Shown: positions 23,670-38,530, counted from the stretch's first letter. The stretch is 64,000 nucleotides of DNA from Hypanus sabinus (GCF_030144855.1 NC_082722.1:19220001-19284000); one strand, 5' to 3'. The notes: generated by a model not told the origin, from the letters alone. Numbers and translations: made by a program.

Positions 23670-26600
23670 AAGACCATAAAACCATAAACCACAGGAGTAG
23701 AAGTACATTATTCGGCTCATCGAGTCTTCTCCGCTTTACAATCGTGGGCTGTTGCAATTATTCCAGTCATCCCCACTCCCCTGCCTTCTCCCCATACTCT
23801 TGATGCCCTGGCTAATCAAGAAGCTGTCTATCTCCCCCTGAAGTACACCGGATCACAAGGACTCCACAACAACTCGTGGTAACACATTACACGGATATAT
23901 CTCACTCTGACTGAAGTAATTTCTCCGCATCTCAGTTCTAACTGAACGTCCATCAATCATGTAAGTCGTGACCTCTTGTACTAGAATCCCCTAGCATGAG
24001 AAATAACTTTGCCATGTCGATTCTGTTCAATCATTTTAACATTTGGAATGTTTCTTTGAGATCACACCTCATTCTCCTGAACTCCAGGGAGCACAGCCCA
24101 AGAGCTGCCAGACGTTACTCAGACGGTAACCCTTTCATTCCTGGAATCATTCTTGCGAATCTTCTCTGCACCATCTCCGATGTCAGTATATTCTTTCTAA
24201 AATAAAGAGCCCAAACTGCATACAATACTCCTCCTGGTCCCACGAGTGGCTTTCTGAGCCTCAGAATCACACCCCTGTTCTATTCTATACCTCCAGAAAT
24301 GAATGTCAGCATTGTGTTCGCCTTCTTCACAACCGATTCAACCTGGAGGTTAACCGTTAGGCTATCTTGTACAAGGACTCCCAAATCCCTTAATATAGAA
24401 CATAGAACATAGAATAGTACAGCACAGTAAAGGCCCTTCGGCCTACAATGTTGTGCTGACCCTCAAACCCTGCCTCCCACCTTAAATTCCTCCATATCTG
24501 CATTTTGCATTATCTCACAATTTAAATTCTAGTCTGCCTCTTTAACTCTTCCTCTAAAGTGCATGACCATGAACTTTCCAACATGACATTTCATTTGCCC
24601 CTTCATTGTCCATTCCCCTAAACTATCTAACTTTCTATGCAGGCTCTCTGTTTCTTCAATACTACCCGCTCCTCCACATATTTTCGTATCATCTGCAAAT
24701 TTAGCCACAAATCTACTAATACCGTAGTCCAAATCATTGACATACGTCGGAAAAAGCAGCAGTCCCCACACTGACCCTGTGGTAAACCACGTCTACTGCA
24801 TCTAAGCTGCTTGTAATTTCTTCAAAGAATTTTAGCAGGATCGTCAGGCAGGATTTTTCTTTCCGGAAAGAATGCTGGCTTTGGCCTATCTTGTCATGTA
24901 CCTCCAGGTACTCCGAAATCTCATTCCTAACAATCCATTCCAACAACTTCTCAACCACTGATGTCAGGCTAACGGGTCTATAGTTTCCTTTCTGCTGTCT
25001 CCCACCCTTTTAAAATAGAGGAATAATCTTTACAATTTTCTAGTTCTCTGGTACAATGCTAGAATCTATCGATTCTTGAAAGATCATTTTTAATGCCTCA
25101 GCAATCTCCACAGCTACTTCCTTCAGGACCTGAGGGTGTATTCTAACTGGTCCAGAAGATATATCCTCTATCAGTCCATTACGCTTCCTGAGCATCTTCT
25201 CAGTCGTAATTTGTACTGCATAAACTTCACTTCACTGACACTCTTTAATGTTCGGTATTCTACCGACGTGTTCCACTGTGAAGACTGATGCAGAATGCGC
25301 ATTCACTTCCCCTGCCATCTCTGCACCTCTCGTCACAAATTCTCCAGCGTTATTTTGTACTGGTCCTATATCTACCCTCGACTGCCCTTTACCCTTTAAA
25401 TACTTAAAAAATCTTTTAGTATCTTCTTTGATATTATACACTAGCTTCCTATAATTATCTCTTCCTTCATAATGACCTTCTTAGTTTCCTTCTGCAGGTT
25501 TTTAAAGCTTTCCAAGCTCCCATTTTCCCACTGGCTCTGATGTCCTTGTATGCCCTCCCTTTCGCCTTTACTTTGGCTCTGACTTCACTTGTCAGCCACC
25601 GTGGTGTCCTTCGTACCTTTGAAAATGTCTTCTTGTTTGGAATATAGCTGCCTTGCATTTCCATCTCTTTTATTATTTTGCAGAATCTCCAGCCATTGCT
25701 GCTCTGCTTTCTTTCCTGCAAATGTCCCTTTGGAGTCAAGTTCGTCCAATTCCCCTCTCATGGCATTGTACTTTCCTTTCTACCACTGAAATAATGACAC
25801 GTTGGTTTTCATTTTTTCCATCTCAAATTTCAATATGAACTCGATCATGTTGTGATTTCTATTCCCTAAGAGTTCTTTATCATTAAGCTCTCTTATCACC
25901 TCGGGATCACGGCACAACACCCAATCCAACACAGCCAATCCCCTAGACGGCTCAACAGCAAGCTGTTCTAAAAAGCTCTCCCGTGAACATTCTAGAAATT
26001 CTCTCTCGAGGTCCAGCATTGACCTAGCTTTTCCAATACAATTCCATGTTAAAATCCCCAGGGATTATCATGGCGTTGCCTTTCTGACAAACCTTTTCTA
26101 GCTCTCGCTGTAAATTGAAATCTACATCCTGGATGCTGTTTGGAGTGCTAAATACAAACTGCCATTAGGATCTTTTTACCTTTGCTATTTCTTAACTGAA
26201 CCCATAGAGCTCAACACCTTCCAATCCTAAGTCATCTCTTTATAATGATTTAAAATGATTTATTTCCCTCAGAGCCACACCATCCCCTTTGCCTACTAAC
26301 CTATCTTTCCAATGCACCGTGTAATCTTGGACTTTAGGCTCCCAAAGTCAGGAATCATTTAGCCAAATTTCAGCGATGGACAAAATGTGATATTTGCCAA
26401 TCTGTAGCTGAATTTCAAGATCGTCGATTTTATTCCTTATACTGCGTGTATTCAAATATAACACGTTCAGTCCAGAATGTGTTGTGTTCTGTTTTAACTA
26501 CACCACGCCTGAAATTGCCCTGTAACTCATACCAGGGGCTGTGATTAAGTCTCATCTCCTGCTTTCTAAAAGCTCTATTAAATGTGTCTGCTACTATAGT

Positions 26601-27650
26601 GGACGCCTTTGGGTTCAGGTGTATTCCGTCCTCTTTGTACGGATCATACTTCCCTAGAAGACACCACAATAATCCAGAATTCCGAAGCCCTGCCGACTAC
26701 ACCGGTCTGTCCGCCACACATTAATACGCCTGATCATGCTATTCATGCGCTCGCAAGCAAGTGGCACAGGTAGCAATACGGAGATTACTGCCCTGGAGGT
26801 TCTGCCTTCCAGCTTCCTGCCGAACTCACTGAATTACCTTTTGAGGACCTCCTCTCTTTTTCTACCTATGTCATTTGTACCAAAGTTTTCCACAACTTCT
26901 GGATGTTCACCCTCTGCACCCGATCCTAGACACCCGGTACCCTGGCACATGGGAGGCAACACACCATGCAGGAACGGAGCTGTCATCAGGCTGACAGAGC
27001 CTCCTGTCTGTTCCCTCACTATGGAAACCACTATGATTACTGCATTCCTCATCTTCATCTTTCCCTTCTACACCATGGAACCAGGCATAGTGCCTCAGAC
27101 CCGATCGCCGTAGTCGTCCTCTGTCAAGTCGTCCCCTTTAACTGTTTCCAAAACGAAGTAACGATTTCCGAGGGGGATCGTCACAGGGTGCTCTCTGCTT
27201 TCTGTGCTCTTCCCTCCGCTTCTCTGACCATGCAGCCTCGGGGTAACCAACTCCCTGTAGCTCTCCTCTATCTCCTGTTCAACCTCACTAATAAGCTGCA
27301 GGTCATCGAGTCGCAGCATCAGATCCCTAACACGGTCTGTCAGGAGCTGCATCTCGGTGCAACTGGCGAAAATGTTGCGTTCCACATCTAACACTCAGAG
27401 CAAAATACTAAGCCTACCTACATGCTCTCTATTCCTCTAAAACTGCACAGAAAAAAAGTACAAAAAAAAGTCCACCTATTCGCCGAAGCCCGCTTTCGCA
27501 GATGCCTGAAAGAGCCATAGCCTGTCGCTTCTACTCTCGCCACTAACCTCCTCCCGGCAATGGCCTCTGCGCTTAACCATTCTGCACTTTTACTTAGTTC
27601 GTCGAGCTTATTTGCCGCCGCTGATGGGCCCCGCACAATAGACGAAAAAC
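23670..27650 (-). mobile_element. Long decayed CR1 LINE (ORF1 esterase, APE, RT, 3' tail) with a nested short CR1 3' end at ~24394-24490
   Basis: ORF1 remnants LMLRLDDLQLI and FGTNDIG; endonuclease LDWVLC; RT KFADDTK; accataa tail at 23670. Confidence 0.88.
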
Positions 27651-27729
27651 CGCGAAGCTCTCATTTTAAATAAGTGAGATATCAGTACTGTCTTTAAGCA
27701 AGGATTTACTACCGGAGCACTGAAAAGTG

Positions 27730-28500
27730 GCCAATGCGCATTCATTTAAGAAGATCCTCAATTACTGGTGGCAAGCCAAATATCGGTGCTGGGAAAGATA
27801 CTGGAATGAAGGACAGAGTCTATAACAATTTGGAAAGGCGACGAGTATAAAAATGACTATAAGCATGGATTGCTCATGGGGAATCCTCTCTCACAATCTT
27901 GAATGGGTTGTTTTGAAGAGTTATGCAGAAAATTGCTGAGGCCAGGACAGTGGACTATATCTTAATTGAATATTGCACGGTCCCGTATAGCAGTCTAGTA
28001 TAGAATGCTGGGTAACACGGGGGCCAGAGTAAGCCAGCCAACTGAAGACAAGAACACAAAATTGTTTTCCTAGAGGAATCAGACAGTGATAGTGGAGATT
28101 TGATACCAAGAGTAAAGACTTGCAACTAGTGATGTACTGAAGAGGTAGGCCCTGGTTCCAGTACTGTTTGACATCCCTGAAATAGTTAGTTAATATTATT
28201 TTCAAGTTGTTAATAATTCTCAGGATGCAGCGGAATTAATGATATTCCAGACAGTGAAAACGAACTAAGACGATGAACTGGGAATGTAGGCCTTGCCATT
28301 GCAGACCGAGTTTAACTAGGATATTTTCAAAGTGCTATATTTCGGTTAGTTCAACTGGGGCAGGAATTGCGCAATAGATTACACTGTGCGTTGAAGTAGA
28401 ACACGGTGACTGAGAAGTACAGGCACGTTGATCAGTAAAATTGTCGACAGAGGTGGATAGGCTGGTAAAGAAGTTGTTTGTCACCATTGAATCAACATTC
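27730..28500 (+). mobile_element. Decayed CR1 RT fragment
   Basis: CR1-like remnants (cagcatggatt..atgggg..atcctctctcacaa, ggccttgccattgc). Confidence 0.55.
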
Positions 28501-28619
28501 GGAATCAGAAACATGTTTATTATCAACGGGATGTGTCGTGAAGTTTGTGAACTTAACAGCAACATTTCAATGCAATACATAACGTAGAAAAAAAAAACAA
28601 ATACAAAAATAAATAGCTT

Positions 28620-29370
28620 AAAAATCTGCTAGAATATACGTATATTAAATGTATTAAAAACGCCCCAAAACAGGAATAACATATTTTAAAAGGGGTAGTT
28701 TTCACGAGTTCAATGTCCATTTAGGAATCCGATCGCACAGAGGAAGAAAAACTTCCTGAATTGCTGACTGTGCGCCTTCAGGCTTCTGTACCTCCTACTT
28801 GCTGGCAACTGTGAGAAAAGGGAATCGCCTGGGTGCTGCACGTCCTTAATACTGGACGCTGCTTTCGAAGACACCACCCCTTAAACATGTCCTGAGCACT
28901 TTGTAGGTTTATACCTAAGATTGATAAGACAATCTTCAGCTTCTTTCGGGCCTGCGCAGTAGCTCCCCCTCCTCTCCCTCCCATACCAGACACTGACGCA
29001 GCCTGTCAGAATGCTCTCCATAGTACACCTATAGATGTTTTTGAGTGTATTTGGTTACATACCACATCTCTTAAAACACGCAACGAAGGATAGTCGCTAC
29101 CACGCCTTCTTCATAGCTGCGTCAATATATGGGGTCTAGGTTATAAATCAGAGTGCTTAACAGCCAGGGGCTGGAAACTGATCATTCTCTCCACTTCTGA
29201 TCCCTCAATGACGATTGGTGTGTCTTACCCTTCCTGAAGTTCACAAGCGTCTCTTTCGTCTGGCTGACGTTGAGTGCAATTTGTGGCAATGAGTACAGGA
29301 TCTGGGACGTCATGTTCAATTGTGCAAATCGTTGGAGGAATAGTATGTTGTGCATTCGTTGGTGAAAAGT
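28620..29370 (-). mobile_element. Rex1/Babar-like LINE 3' fragment
   Basis: Minus strand LNVSQTKETLVNFRKG; remnant QRPVLRT..TQAIPFS near 28840. Confidence 0.7.
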
Positions 29371-29374
29371 ATGT

Positions 29375-32300
29375 TGTTGTGCCAGTACGCACACACGGGG
29401 CGCGAACCGGCACAGGGAGATGCAGGCACGGTCTGACGTCACGTCCACCCACTGGTCGCAGGGACCTATGGGAGGGCGGATATAAGCGCGCAAGTTTGAA
29501 TCAGTAAAGCCTTTCCAGTTCAGCTCTCTCAAACTCCGTGTGTTCCTTTCGTAGAGCTTTGCGCGCCAGTACATCGGTGACCCCGACGTACCAGACGGCA
29601 CCTGGAACCACCGACTCTGAAAACAGCCATGAAACCGAGCAATTCGCACAGTGCGGTCGCTCTGAAGATACCGACTTTCACGGCCACTCAGCCCCACGTT
29701 TGGTTCGAGCAGGCTGAGGCCCAGTTCAGCCTCCATGAGCCTAGCCACAGTCGCGCGCCCCAAAGCACCGGCCCCGCAACCGAAGCCGCCGAGGCCCACG
29801 GGGAGAAAAGACGGAAGTTCGGAACAATGGTGTTTATATTACCAACGATGGGGCTCAGGCGCATGCCGCTGCCGTCCACCATGTGCTTTTTCGGAAAATG
29901 CCGGAGCAAGCCGTCGTTAATAGCTACAACGGCTGGCCACCGAGACAGCCTCCTGTACCGGTGGGACCGACACTCCGGGCGGCGCTTCCTGGTGGACAGC
30001 GGGGCAGAAGTCAGCGTACAACCCCCATCGAATATCGACATCTGTAACGCGGTCCCAGTCCCCGAACTCACCGCCGCAAATGGTAGCAGTATTCGGACGT
30101 TCGGCCTACGGGCTATCGCACTGTATTTCGGGTCCAGCCGTTTGGGATGCATTCTTGAGACCGAAAGGCATCCTCAGGAATTCGAGCAATCCGAACGGGC
30201 AGATGAGGGCTGTCTTGGGCACGTCGTCGGGCTGCACTGGGATCTGATGTTATCCCCCGACCAGGTCGATTTTGGAGAAGATGGTCGCTCCGTGCAGGTT
30301 CGCCGAGAAGTCCTGGATGTGGGGTACCGGGTATATTTCGGCGGTTGTGGTGTCATTGAGCCTTCTGTAGTCTCCGCAGGACCTCCATTCTCCTGCAGAC
30401 TTGGGCCCCAGACTTTCACGTTGGCAGCGATGTCACAGCCACTACTAGGGGAGACTTCCTACGAGCCAACTGCCTCTTGTCGACTTGAAAGGCAAGCGTT
30501 TGGTCCACGCCGAAACGTTCCAGACTTTCCAGAACGCAGAAGCCAAGCTGCTGGGCCTCCAGCTGCATTCCGTGACCCTCTCGGGTAACGAATTCGCCAG
30601 GGTGTTGGCGAAATTCCCCATCATAGTCACACCGCAGTTCTTCACGGCCGACCCCAAGCACGGCGTGCAGCACCACATCCCCACGCAAGGACAGCCGCTG
30701 CGCGCCAGAGCTCGCAGGCTCCCACCCGTCAAGCTCCATCTCGCCAAGAAGAAGTTCCATAAGATGGAAGAGCTGGGTATCATACGCTGCTCAGACTTCC
30801 CGTGCGCATCCCTGCTGCACATAGTGTCCAAGTCCGCAGGAGAATGGAGGCCCTGCGGAGACTACAGAAGGCTCAATGCCGCCACAACCGCCGACAGATA
30901 CCCGGTACCCCACATCCAGGACTTCTCGGTGAACATTCACGGAGCGACCATCTTCTCCAAATTCGACCTGGTCAGGGGAAACCATCAGATCCCAGTGCAG
31001 CCCGAAGACCTGCCCAAGACAGCCCTCATCACCCCTTTCGGCTTGTTCGAATTCCTGAGGATGCCTTTCGGTCTCAAGAATTCAGCCCAAACTTTCCGAA
31101 GGCTCCTGGACTCTGTGGGACGCGGCCTGGATTTCGCTTTCATTTACTTGGACGATATCCTGGTGGCCAGCAGTTCTCACTAAGAGCACGTGACACATTT
31201 GCGCCAACTCTGCTAAAGCCTGAGCGACCACGGAGTGGCAATCAAACTGGCGAAGTGCCAGTTCAGGCTAACGGAGATCGACTTCTTGGGCCACAGAGTG
31301 AACTGACATGACACAGTTCCCCTAACGGACAAGGTCCAGGCCATCCGCCAGCTACCCAAGCCCAGCACGATCAAGGGCCTGCAGGAGTTCGTAGGGATGG
31401 TCAACTTTTATCATCGGTTCCTACCAGCGACGGCCCGCATCATGAGACCTCTGTTCCACCTGATGGCCGGCAAGGCCAAAGAAGTGGCATAGGACACGGA
31501 GTCCTCAGAAGCGTTCGAGCAGACCAAGGAGGCGCTGGAGAAGGCATCCTCTTAGTGCACCCGAGAGTCGATGTGCCCACGGCACCCACAGTCGACGCTT
31601 CCGACACGGCAGTTGGCGGATTCCTGGAGCAGCTCGTCGAGGACCAGTGGCGACCTCTCGCGTTCTTCAGCCAGCGCCTACGGCCACCAGAGCTGATGTG
31701 CAGCGCCTTCGACAGAGTGTTGATAGCGCTCTACCTGGCTATCCGGCATTTCCGGTACTTCCTCGAGGGAAGTTCACTGTGTATACGGACCACAAACCCC
31801 TCACCTTAGCACTGGCCAAGGAATCGAGCCCATGGTCGGCTCGGCAGCATAGTCACTTGCCCTTTATTTCAGAGTTCACCATGGACGTCCGTCACATCAC
31901 AAGGAAGAACAACGTCGTCGCCGACATTCTGTCACGCCCCTGTCTCCATTCAGTAGGCATATCGTCCTCAAGAATAGACTACGCAGCACTGGCGGGAGCA
32001 CAACGGTCGGACACCGGGATTCCGGCTTACCGCACCGCCGTGTCGGGGCTCCAGTTGGAGGACGTCTCCATCGGCCCGGCAGTGGATCGACACCCGTGGG
32101 ACGTGTCTACCGACAAGATCCAACTCGCGGTTCCAGCGGCATGGAGCCTCTGGGTGACTGTCATGCTGCACGACCTGGCCCACCCGTCCATCCGGGCGTC
32201 CATCAAGCTGGTAGCGGACAGATTCGTCTGGTACGGTTGGCGCAAACAGGTCGGACAATGGGCCAGGACCGGCGTACACTGGCAGACCGCCAAATTCTAG

Positions 32301-32648
32301 CGGCACGAAAAGGCTCCCCTCTGGCAGTTCCAGCCGATGCAAAGGAGGTTCCAACATATCCACGTGGACATCGCCGGCCACCTGCCAGTCTCCAGGGCGC
32401 CAGGTATATCTTTACCATGGTAAACAGGTTCAGCAGATGGCCGGAAGTCATACCGCTCGCAGACACGTCCACTGAGCCCTGCGCCAGGGCGTTCATTGCA
32501 AACTAGTTTATCGCAACGTCACGTCCGCCACGCTGGTCGCCATGGGAGGGGGGATTTAAGCGCGCGAGTTTGAATCAGCAAAGTCTTTCCGAGTTCAGCT
32601 CTCTCTGCCTCCGTGTGTATCTTTCGTAGCGCTTTGCGCGCTATTACA
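29375..32648 (+). mobile_element. Defective Ty3/Gypsy LTR retrotransposon (gag remnant, PR, RT, RH, truncated IN; two LTRs)
   Basis: 5' LTR ends at 29573 and partial 3' LTR spans 32514-32648. Protease FLVDSGAEVS; [27 protein letters not shown]; RNase H DASD; integrase HP..RASIKLV..RFVW and HVDI. Many stops and frameshifts. Confidence 0.93.
29575..29589 (+). promoter_or_regulatory. Primer-binding site, tRNA-Trp type (cggtgaccccgacgt)
   Basis: Immediately follows the 5' LTR; 14/15 match to the known tRNA-Trp PBS TGGTGACCCCGACGT. Confidence 0.75.
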
Positions 32649-32759
32649 CTGTGCATTTTGATCGCCAGCAATAGAAAAGATGCGATGAAGCTTAAGAAAG
32701 CGCAGAAATGATTGACAAGTCTGTTAGTAGGACAGCGTGCTTTTAACTGTAGGAAGAGA

Positions 32760-35700
32760 GACTTCCGGTAAGATGGCGGTTGTTTAATCGCTTCAAACTT
32801 TTGCTCCGTTACATTTTTTGCCTTCGCACTGTGTGTCTCCCTTTTTAAAACTTAGTTCATATTCTGTCTGTTTTTTTCTTATCTGTCTGCGAATACGTTT
32901 ATCTTATAATGGTTACAAAAAAAATCTAAACTCGGGAAAAAAGAAACTTCCACGTCGCTGTCTGCCGAAATTCTCTCTATCCTGGAACAGAATCGACGAG
33001 ACAATCTAATTGATATCAAGACTGAATTTAGAGCCTCTATCAGTCAGCTGGAGTCAAAATTGGATCAGATTAACGCCAGAGTGGATGATCAAACCGAACA
33101 TTTATCTCGCATCGACCTAACCTCTGAAGATTTAAAACGCCGCTTTCAGCGTCTGGAAACTCTCTGTTCCAACTTAACTTATTTCCAAAATGGCAGATCT
33201 CGAAAATCGGAGCAGGCGCTGCAATTTGCGAATTCTCGGTTTGCCAGAGGCCACTGAAACGGGTTCTTACGTTGAATTTTTCTCCACTTTTCTCTGTGAG
33301 ATTTTTGGGAAAGATTTTCTGCCGACTCCACATGAGCTAGAAAGAGCTCACAGAGTTTATGTCCCTCGAGCTGTTTTGGGTTCAAGAGCACGGCCAGTTA
33401 TCCTGTATCAGGTGAAAAGCCGTTTGATTATGGAGGCACGCCGAAGAGGCACTCTGACTTTGCAAAATAATATCATTTGTATCGTGGAAGACTATGCTTC
33501 CCAAGTTCTGAAGATGCGTGCCGAGGTCAAAGGCGTTATGAAAGAGCTCTTTAATCGTGGGTTCAAATCTTCCCTTAGCAATCCTGCCGATTTTCGAAGT
33601 ACGCTTACGACTGGAGAATATAAGTGATTTAAGTCAGTTAGGGAGGCTGAGTTGTTTATTGGAAATCTTCCAGCCATCTTGACTTCTTTGGACCCGGTTT
33701 GACTTTCTAAAATGGCTGATAAGTATTTCTTGAATTAAAGTCTTTTTTGCGAACTGAGATTCTATTTGAATAATTTAGTCCTTAACTACTGAGAACCTAA
33801 GGGTTTTAGTTGGACTTGCTGTGATTTTCTTAAATAGATGATTTAAACTAAATATTTCCCTGTGGACTTAGATTTCATTTGTGTAATTTAGTTTGCTTTT
33901 GAATAACTTTAACTATGGAGAACTACAAATTTGTCTTAATTTATTTGGGAGGCTTAGAGTTTTTTATTGAAGGTCTTCCTGTCAATGTAATGTATAAGTC
34001 CTGCCTTTTTTTAAAAGGGCTGATATGTCCTCTCTTTAAAAATAGAATTTCCCCCTTTAACATTTTTTTTCAATTTTTCATAGTTTCTCGCGGGTAGATT
34101 AGCTCCTGATTATTATCTTGTATTAAGTTTTATATTCTTTCTGATGAAGTTGTTCCTATTTTGTAATTTTGATTTGTAGTGCATAAATTATTTAGTATTT
34201 GCTATATTATTTACACGGAGCTTATGTTAAAGTTACGGAACTGGAAGTTATTTTTTGGGGTGTCCTATTTTTTTGTAGAGCTAGCTGCTTTTTTGGGTAG
34301 CCATCTAGTTTTGGGTTGCAAGGGTGGGGTGTGTTCTCCAGTACCAACACTGTTTATTTTTTTTATGCTTTTCCTTGTTATTCAGGGCATGTCTGTGTCC
34401 TAATTTTATTGATTTATGTTTATATTTTTGCGTCCAAACTGTTATTCCAATGTTTGACCTTATATATGCCTACTATCTTTTACAGTCCATTGAAATTTGT
34501 GAGCTGGAATGTAAAGGGATTGTATCATCCTGTTAAAAGAAGGAAGGTCTTCTCCCATATTAAGCAACTTAAAGCTGACATTGCCTTCCTCCAAGAAACT
34601 CATATTCTTAGTTTCGATAATGCCCGGCTTATGTCAAACTCGGTGGGTCAGCATTTTCATTCATCCTTCCCGGCCAAAACTAGTGGGATTTCCATTCTTA
34701 TCAACTCAAATGTTTATTTTGAATTCCATAGTAAGATATCTGACAGAAATAGCCGTATTATTATTGTTTCTGACAAATTATATAATACTATGGTAGTACT
34801 AGCTAACCTGTATGCTCCCAATACTGACGATGTTAATTTCTGAACGCTTTTTTTTCCCTCATTACCAGATCTGAATCTTTATTCTCTTTAACTGCTGGTT
34901 AGACCCAGCTTTGGATCGATCGTCCCCTGTTACTAGATTACCTACTAAATCTGCTTTAGCTATTCACCTCAGTTACTCTCAGTACTATGGGATTCGTTTA
35001 ACTATGGTAAATTGCCACCCTCATTTAATGAGGCGTGTATTATTCTTTTATTCAAAAAGGGCAAAGATCCAACAGAGTGCACCTCTTACAGGCCGATTTC
35101 TTTGCTTAATGTTGATGTTAAAATTTTGACCAACGTCTTGGAGCATAGATTAGAAACTCTTCTACCCTCTATTATTTCTGATGATCAAACTGGTCTTATT
35201 AAAAATCGTACTCCCTTTTTAATATAAGTCGTTTATTCAATACTTTATACTCACCTTCAGCTGGGTCACCTGAATGCGTTATCTCTCTCGATGTGGAGAA
35301 GGCACTTGATCATATAGAGTGGAACTGCCTCTTTGCATATTTAGAAAAATTTGACCTCGGTCAAAGTTTTATCTCTTGGATCAAATTGCTATATTTATGT
35401 CCTCCCACCGCCTCTGTTTTGACCAATTCTCAGCAATCTCAGTTGTTTAACTTAAACGTGGCACCTGTCAATGATGTCCCTTAAGTTCCTTTCTTTTTGA
35501 TTTGGCTGCAGAGCCTCCGGCGATTGCATTTCGAAGCTGTCCTGAATTGACGGGGATCTGGAGGAGAGTGGGGTGTTGGGCATAATGTTTCTCTTTATGC
35601 TGATGATCTATTAATTTTTCTTCCAAATCCGTCCACAGCCTTACGTCCAATGTTTTCCCTTCTTGATCAATTTAGCCAGTTCTCTGGCTATAAACTTAAT

Positions 35701-37614
35701 TTACATAAGAGTGAACTTTTTCCAATTAAAAAAGAAGCACAAATATTAGTATTTCGCTACCTCCCCTTTAAAGAAGTTGATAATCAATTTACTTATCTTG
35801 GAATTATAGTTACAAGAAATTTTAAGGATCTTTTTCTTGAAAATTTTGCCGATCTTTTGTACTCTACAAAACAGAGTTTGTCACAATGGTCACCTTTATC
35901 TATGTCCTTGGTAGGTCGTGTTAATGTTATTAGAATGTATGTTCTCCGTAAATTTTAATACGTATTTCAATCTATTCCAATTGTTATTTCTAAAACCTTT
36001 TTTTGATTCCTTAGACTCTATTATTTTGTCTTATCTGTGGAAGAGTAAGCGTTCCAGAATTAACAAAGCTTACCTTCAAATATCTAAAAAAGAGGGCGGC
36101 ATGGCCTTACCTAATTTTCATCTATACTACTTGGCAGCTAACATTCGTTGTCTGATTTCCTGGTCTTTTTTCCATAGCCAGTCTGACCGCCCTAAATGGG
36201 TAGGAATGGACCTGAATTCCACTAAGGATCTGTCTATCTCTGCACTTTTTGGATCTGCACTCCCTAGTAGTTTGCCTAGACTAATTATCAATCCTCTTGT
36301 TAGGCATACTCTGCGAATATGGAGCAAGTTAGGAAATTTTATGATTTCTATGGTTTTTCCCTTTCTAGTCCTATTTTACATAATCATATTTTGCTACCTT
36401 CTATGCACGATTCAACATTTTATAATTGGTATAAAAATGGCGTTAGGTTTTTTGAAAACCTTTTCATTGATAATAGCTTCGCATATTTTCAACATCTCTC
36501 TGCTATGTTTAATCTACCTAATGCCCATTTCTTTAAATATCTCCAAATTAGACACTTCATTAATCCTTTATTACCCAACTTCCCCGAGATGCCCGAGAAA
36601 AATGCTATGGACTTGTTTCTCTCTATTAATCCATTGGGTAAAGGCTTAAAATCTTTTATTCGTGATAAATTAATATCCTTATGGCGCGCCTTTTCGGATA
36701 AAATCAGAATGACTTGGGAATGACTCCCTTTATCAAATGAGGTTTGGGACTCGATTCTCAAGTCGGTTAACTCAACTTCTCTTTGTGTTCGCCACTGTCT
36801 TTTACAGTTTAAGATTGTTCATCGGGCACATACGTTCAAATCTAAATTATCTCGATTTTATCCTAGTATTAGTCCTCTTTGTGATAAATGCAAAATGGCG
36901 AGGCTTCTCTCATTCATATGTATTAGACCTGTCCTTGTCGAGAGAAATTTTGGAGAGATATTTTCTTAACTTTAACCTGTATTCTGAATCGCCACTTAGA
37001 ACCAAAGCCTTTAATTGCTCTTTTTGGTTTCTTGGCTGAGACAGATATACATTGGAGTTTGACAAAACGTCGAATATTATCTTTTGATCTGTCCTGGCTA
37101 GACGTCTAGCTCATCTTAGATGGTGAGATGTTGCCCCACCCACGCACGCTCAATGGCTTAACGATATGATGTCCTGTTTGGATCTTGAAAAAATTCATTA
37201 CTCAATTCTTAATTCGGACATAAAGTTTCATAAGGCCTGGGGACCTTTTATTAAGTATTTTCAAAACTTTCCTTTTGATTAAGTTTCTTTTTCAGTCTCT
37301 TGATTCAGCTTTTTTTGGTAGTAGCCGTTATTATCTTCTGTTTTTAATTGTATTTACAGTTTTGGTGGTTTGAATGTTCTGATTGATATTTACTACATTT
37401 TGCTCTGGTTGGCCTGGAGTTTTTTTTTTTTTTTGCGGGGTTGGGGCCGGACACTGCCTTTACACGACTTCAATTTGGGTGCTTTTTCAATTATTATATT
37501 CTGTATTATATAACCATTGTATTTTTATCTTGCACTGTATTAATTTCCTATTTCGTTCTAGGGTTTTTTTTTTGTGGTGTTGTCGAAAATGCATAAAAAT
37601 CAATTAAAAAGTAA
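32760..37614 (+). mobile_element. Near full-length, inactivated L1-clade LINE with 9-bp TSD (aggaagaga)
   Basis: ORF1 DLENRSRRCNLRILGLPE; ORF2 SWNVKGL...LQETH, YRPISLLNVDVKIL, LYADD, C-terminal CxxC. TSD at 32751-32759 and 37615-37623. Confidence 0.93.
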
Positions 37615-38443
37615 AGGAAGAGACTGGGGCTATTCATCCCTAGAGCTCAGGTGGTTGCGTGGTGACCATTTATATGTAATGTCAGGACGGGTAGGCAGGG
37701 ATATGGTCAAAGTCTTTTACCCAGGATCGGTTAAGTGAGAATAAGAATGTATCGATTACAGGCGAGAGAGAAAATATTTAAAAGAGATCTAGGGCAAGTT
37801 TTTCAACAAACGAGATTTGGTAAATGGACCAGAGTACAAGATGAATCTTTAGAACTGGGTACGATTCCAATGTGTGAAGTACATTTGGATTAGTACATGG
37901 ATAGAAAAGGTTATTGTGGTAAAATCCAATTGGGACCATCTGCGTTTTCAATAGTACCAATTAATTGTCAGAGAATACATAAAATATACAATATTGAATA
38001 TACAATATTGAATTATCCGACATCGAATAAAACAGAAGAGTAACTCAAGCAATGAATGACAGCAGAAACTTTAGAAATGGGGCTAGAAACGTTAGAAAAC
38101 GTTAGAAGGTTCTGCGGAGCCTTCTCCTCCTCCTCCCACGAACAGGTACCATTCCCCCACGCCTACTGTTGCTCCTACCCCTGCAAGCAAACAATTGCAA
38201 AGACCCCGAGAGAGACGATGATTTGCAGTACGGAAAATCTAATCGTCATTGCAACGAATTCAACATGCCCCATCCCCCCTTTCTCCCTAATGAAAGGACA
38301 GAATGGAGTCACTCCGCACGAGAAGGGAACTGCAAAGCAAAAAACTCTTTGACCTACGGTGCTAATGTCTGCTGCGTCGCTCTTTTTCGAGATCTCCGAC
38401 TCGATAGTCGGCAGGAAACTCCCCCCGCAGCAACGAGAGAAAC

Positions 38444-38450
38444 TGTGTGT

Positions 38451-38521
<71 letters not shown>

Positions 38522-38530
38522 TGTTTGTGT
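38444..38530. repeat. (GT)n microsatellite
   Basis: Directly visible. Confidence 0.98.

Noticed and set aside
29629-30588. 319-aa ORF, the longest in the window
   Set aside because: Chimeric Gypsy gag/protease plus antisense RT read-through, not a host gene.
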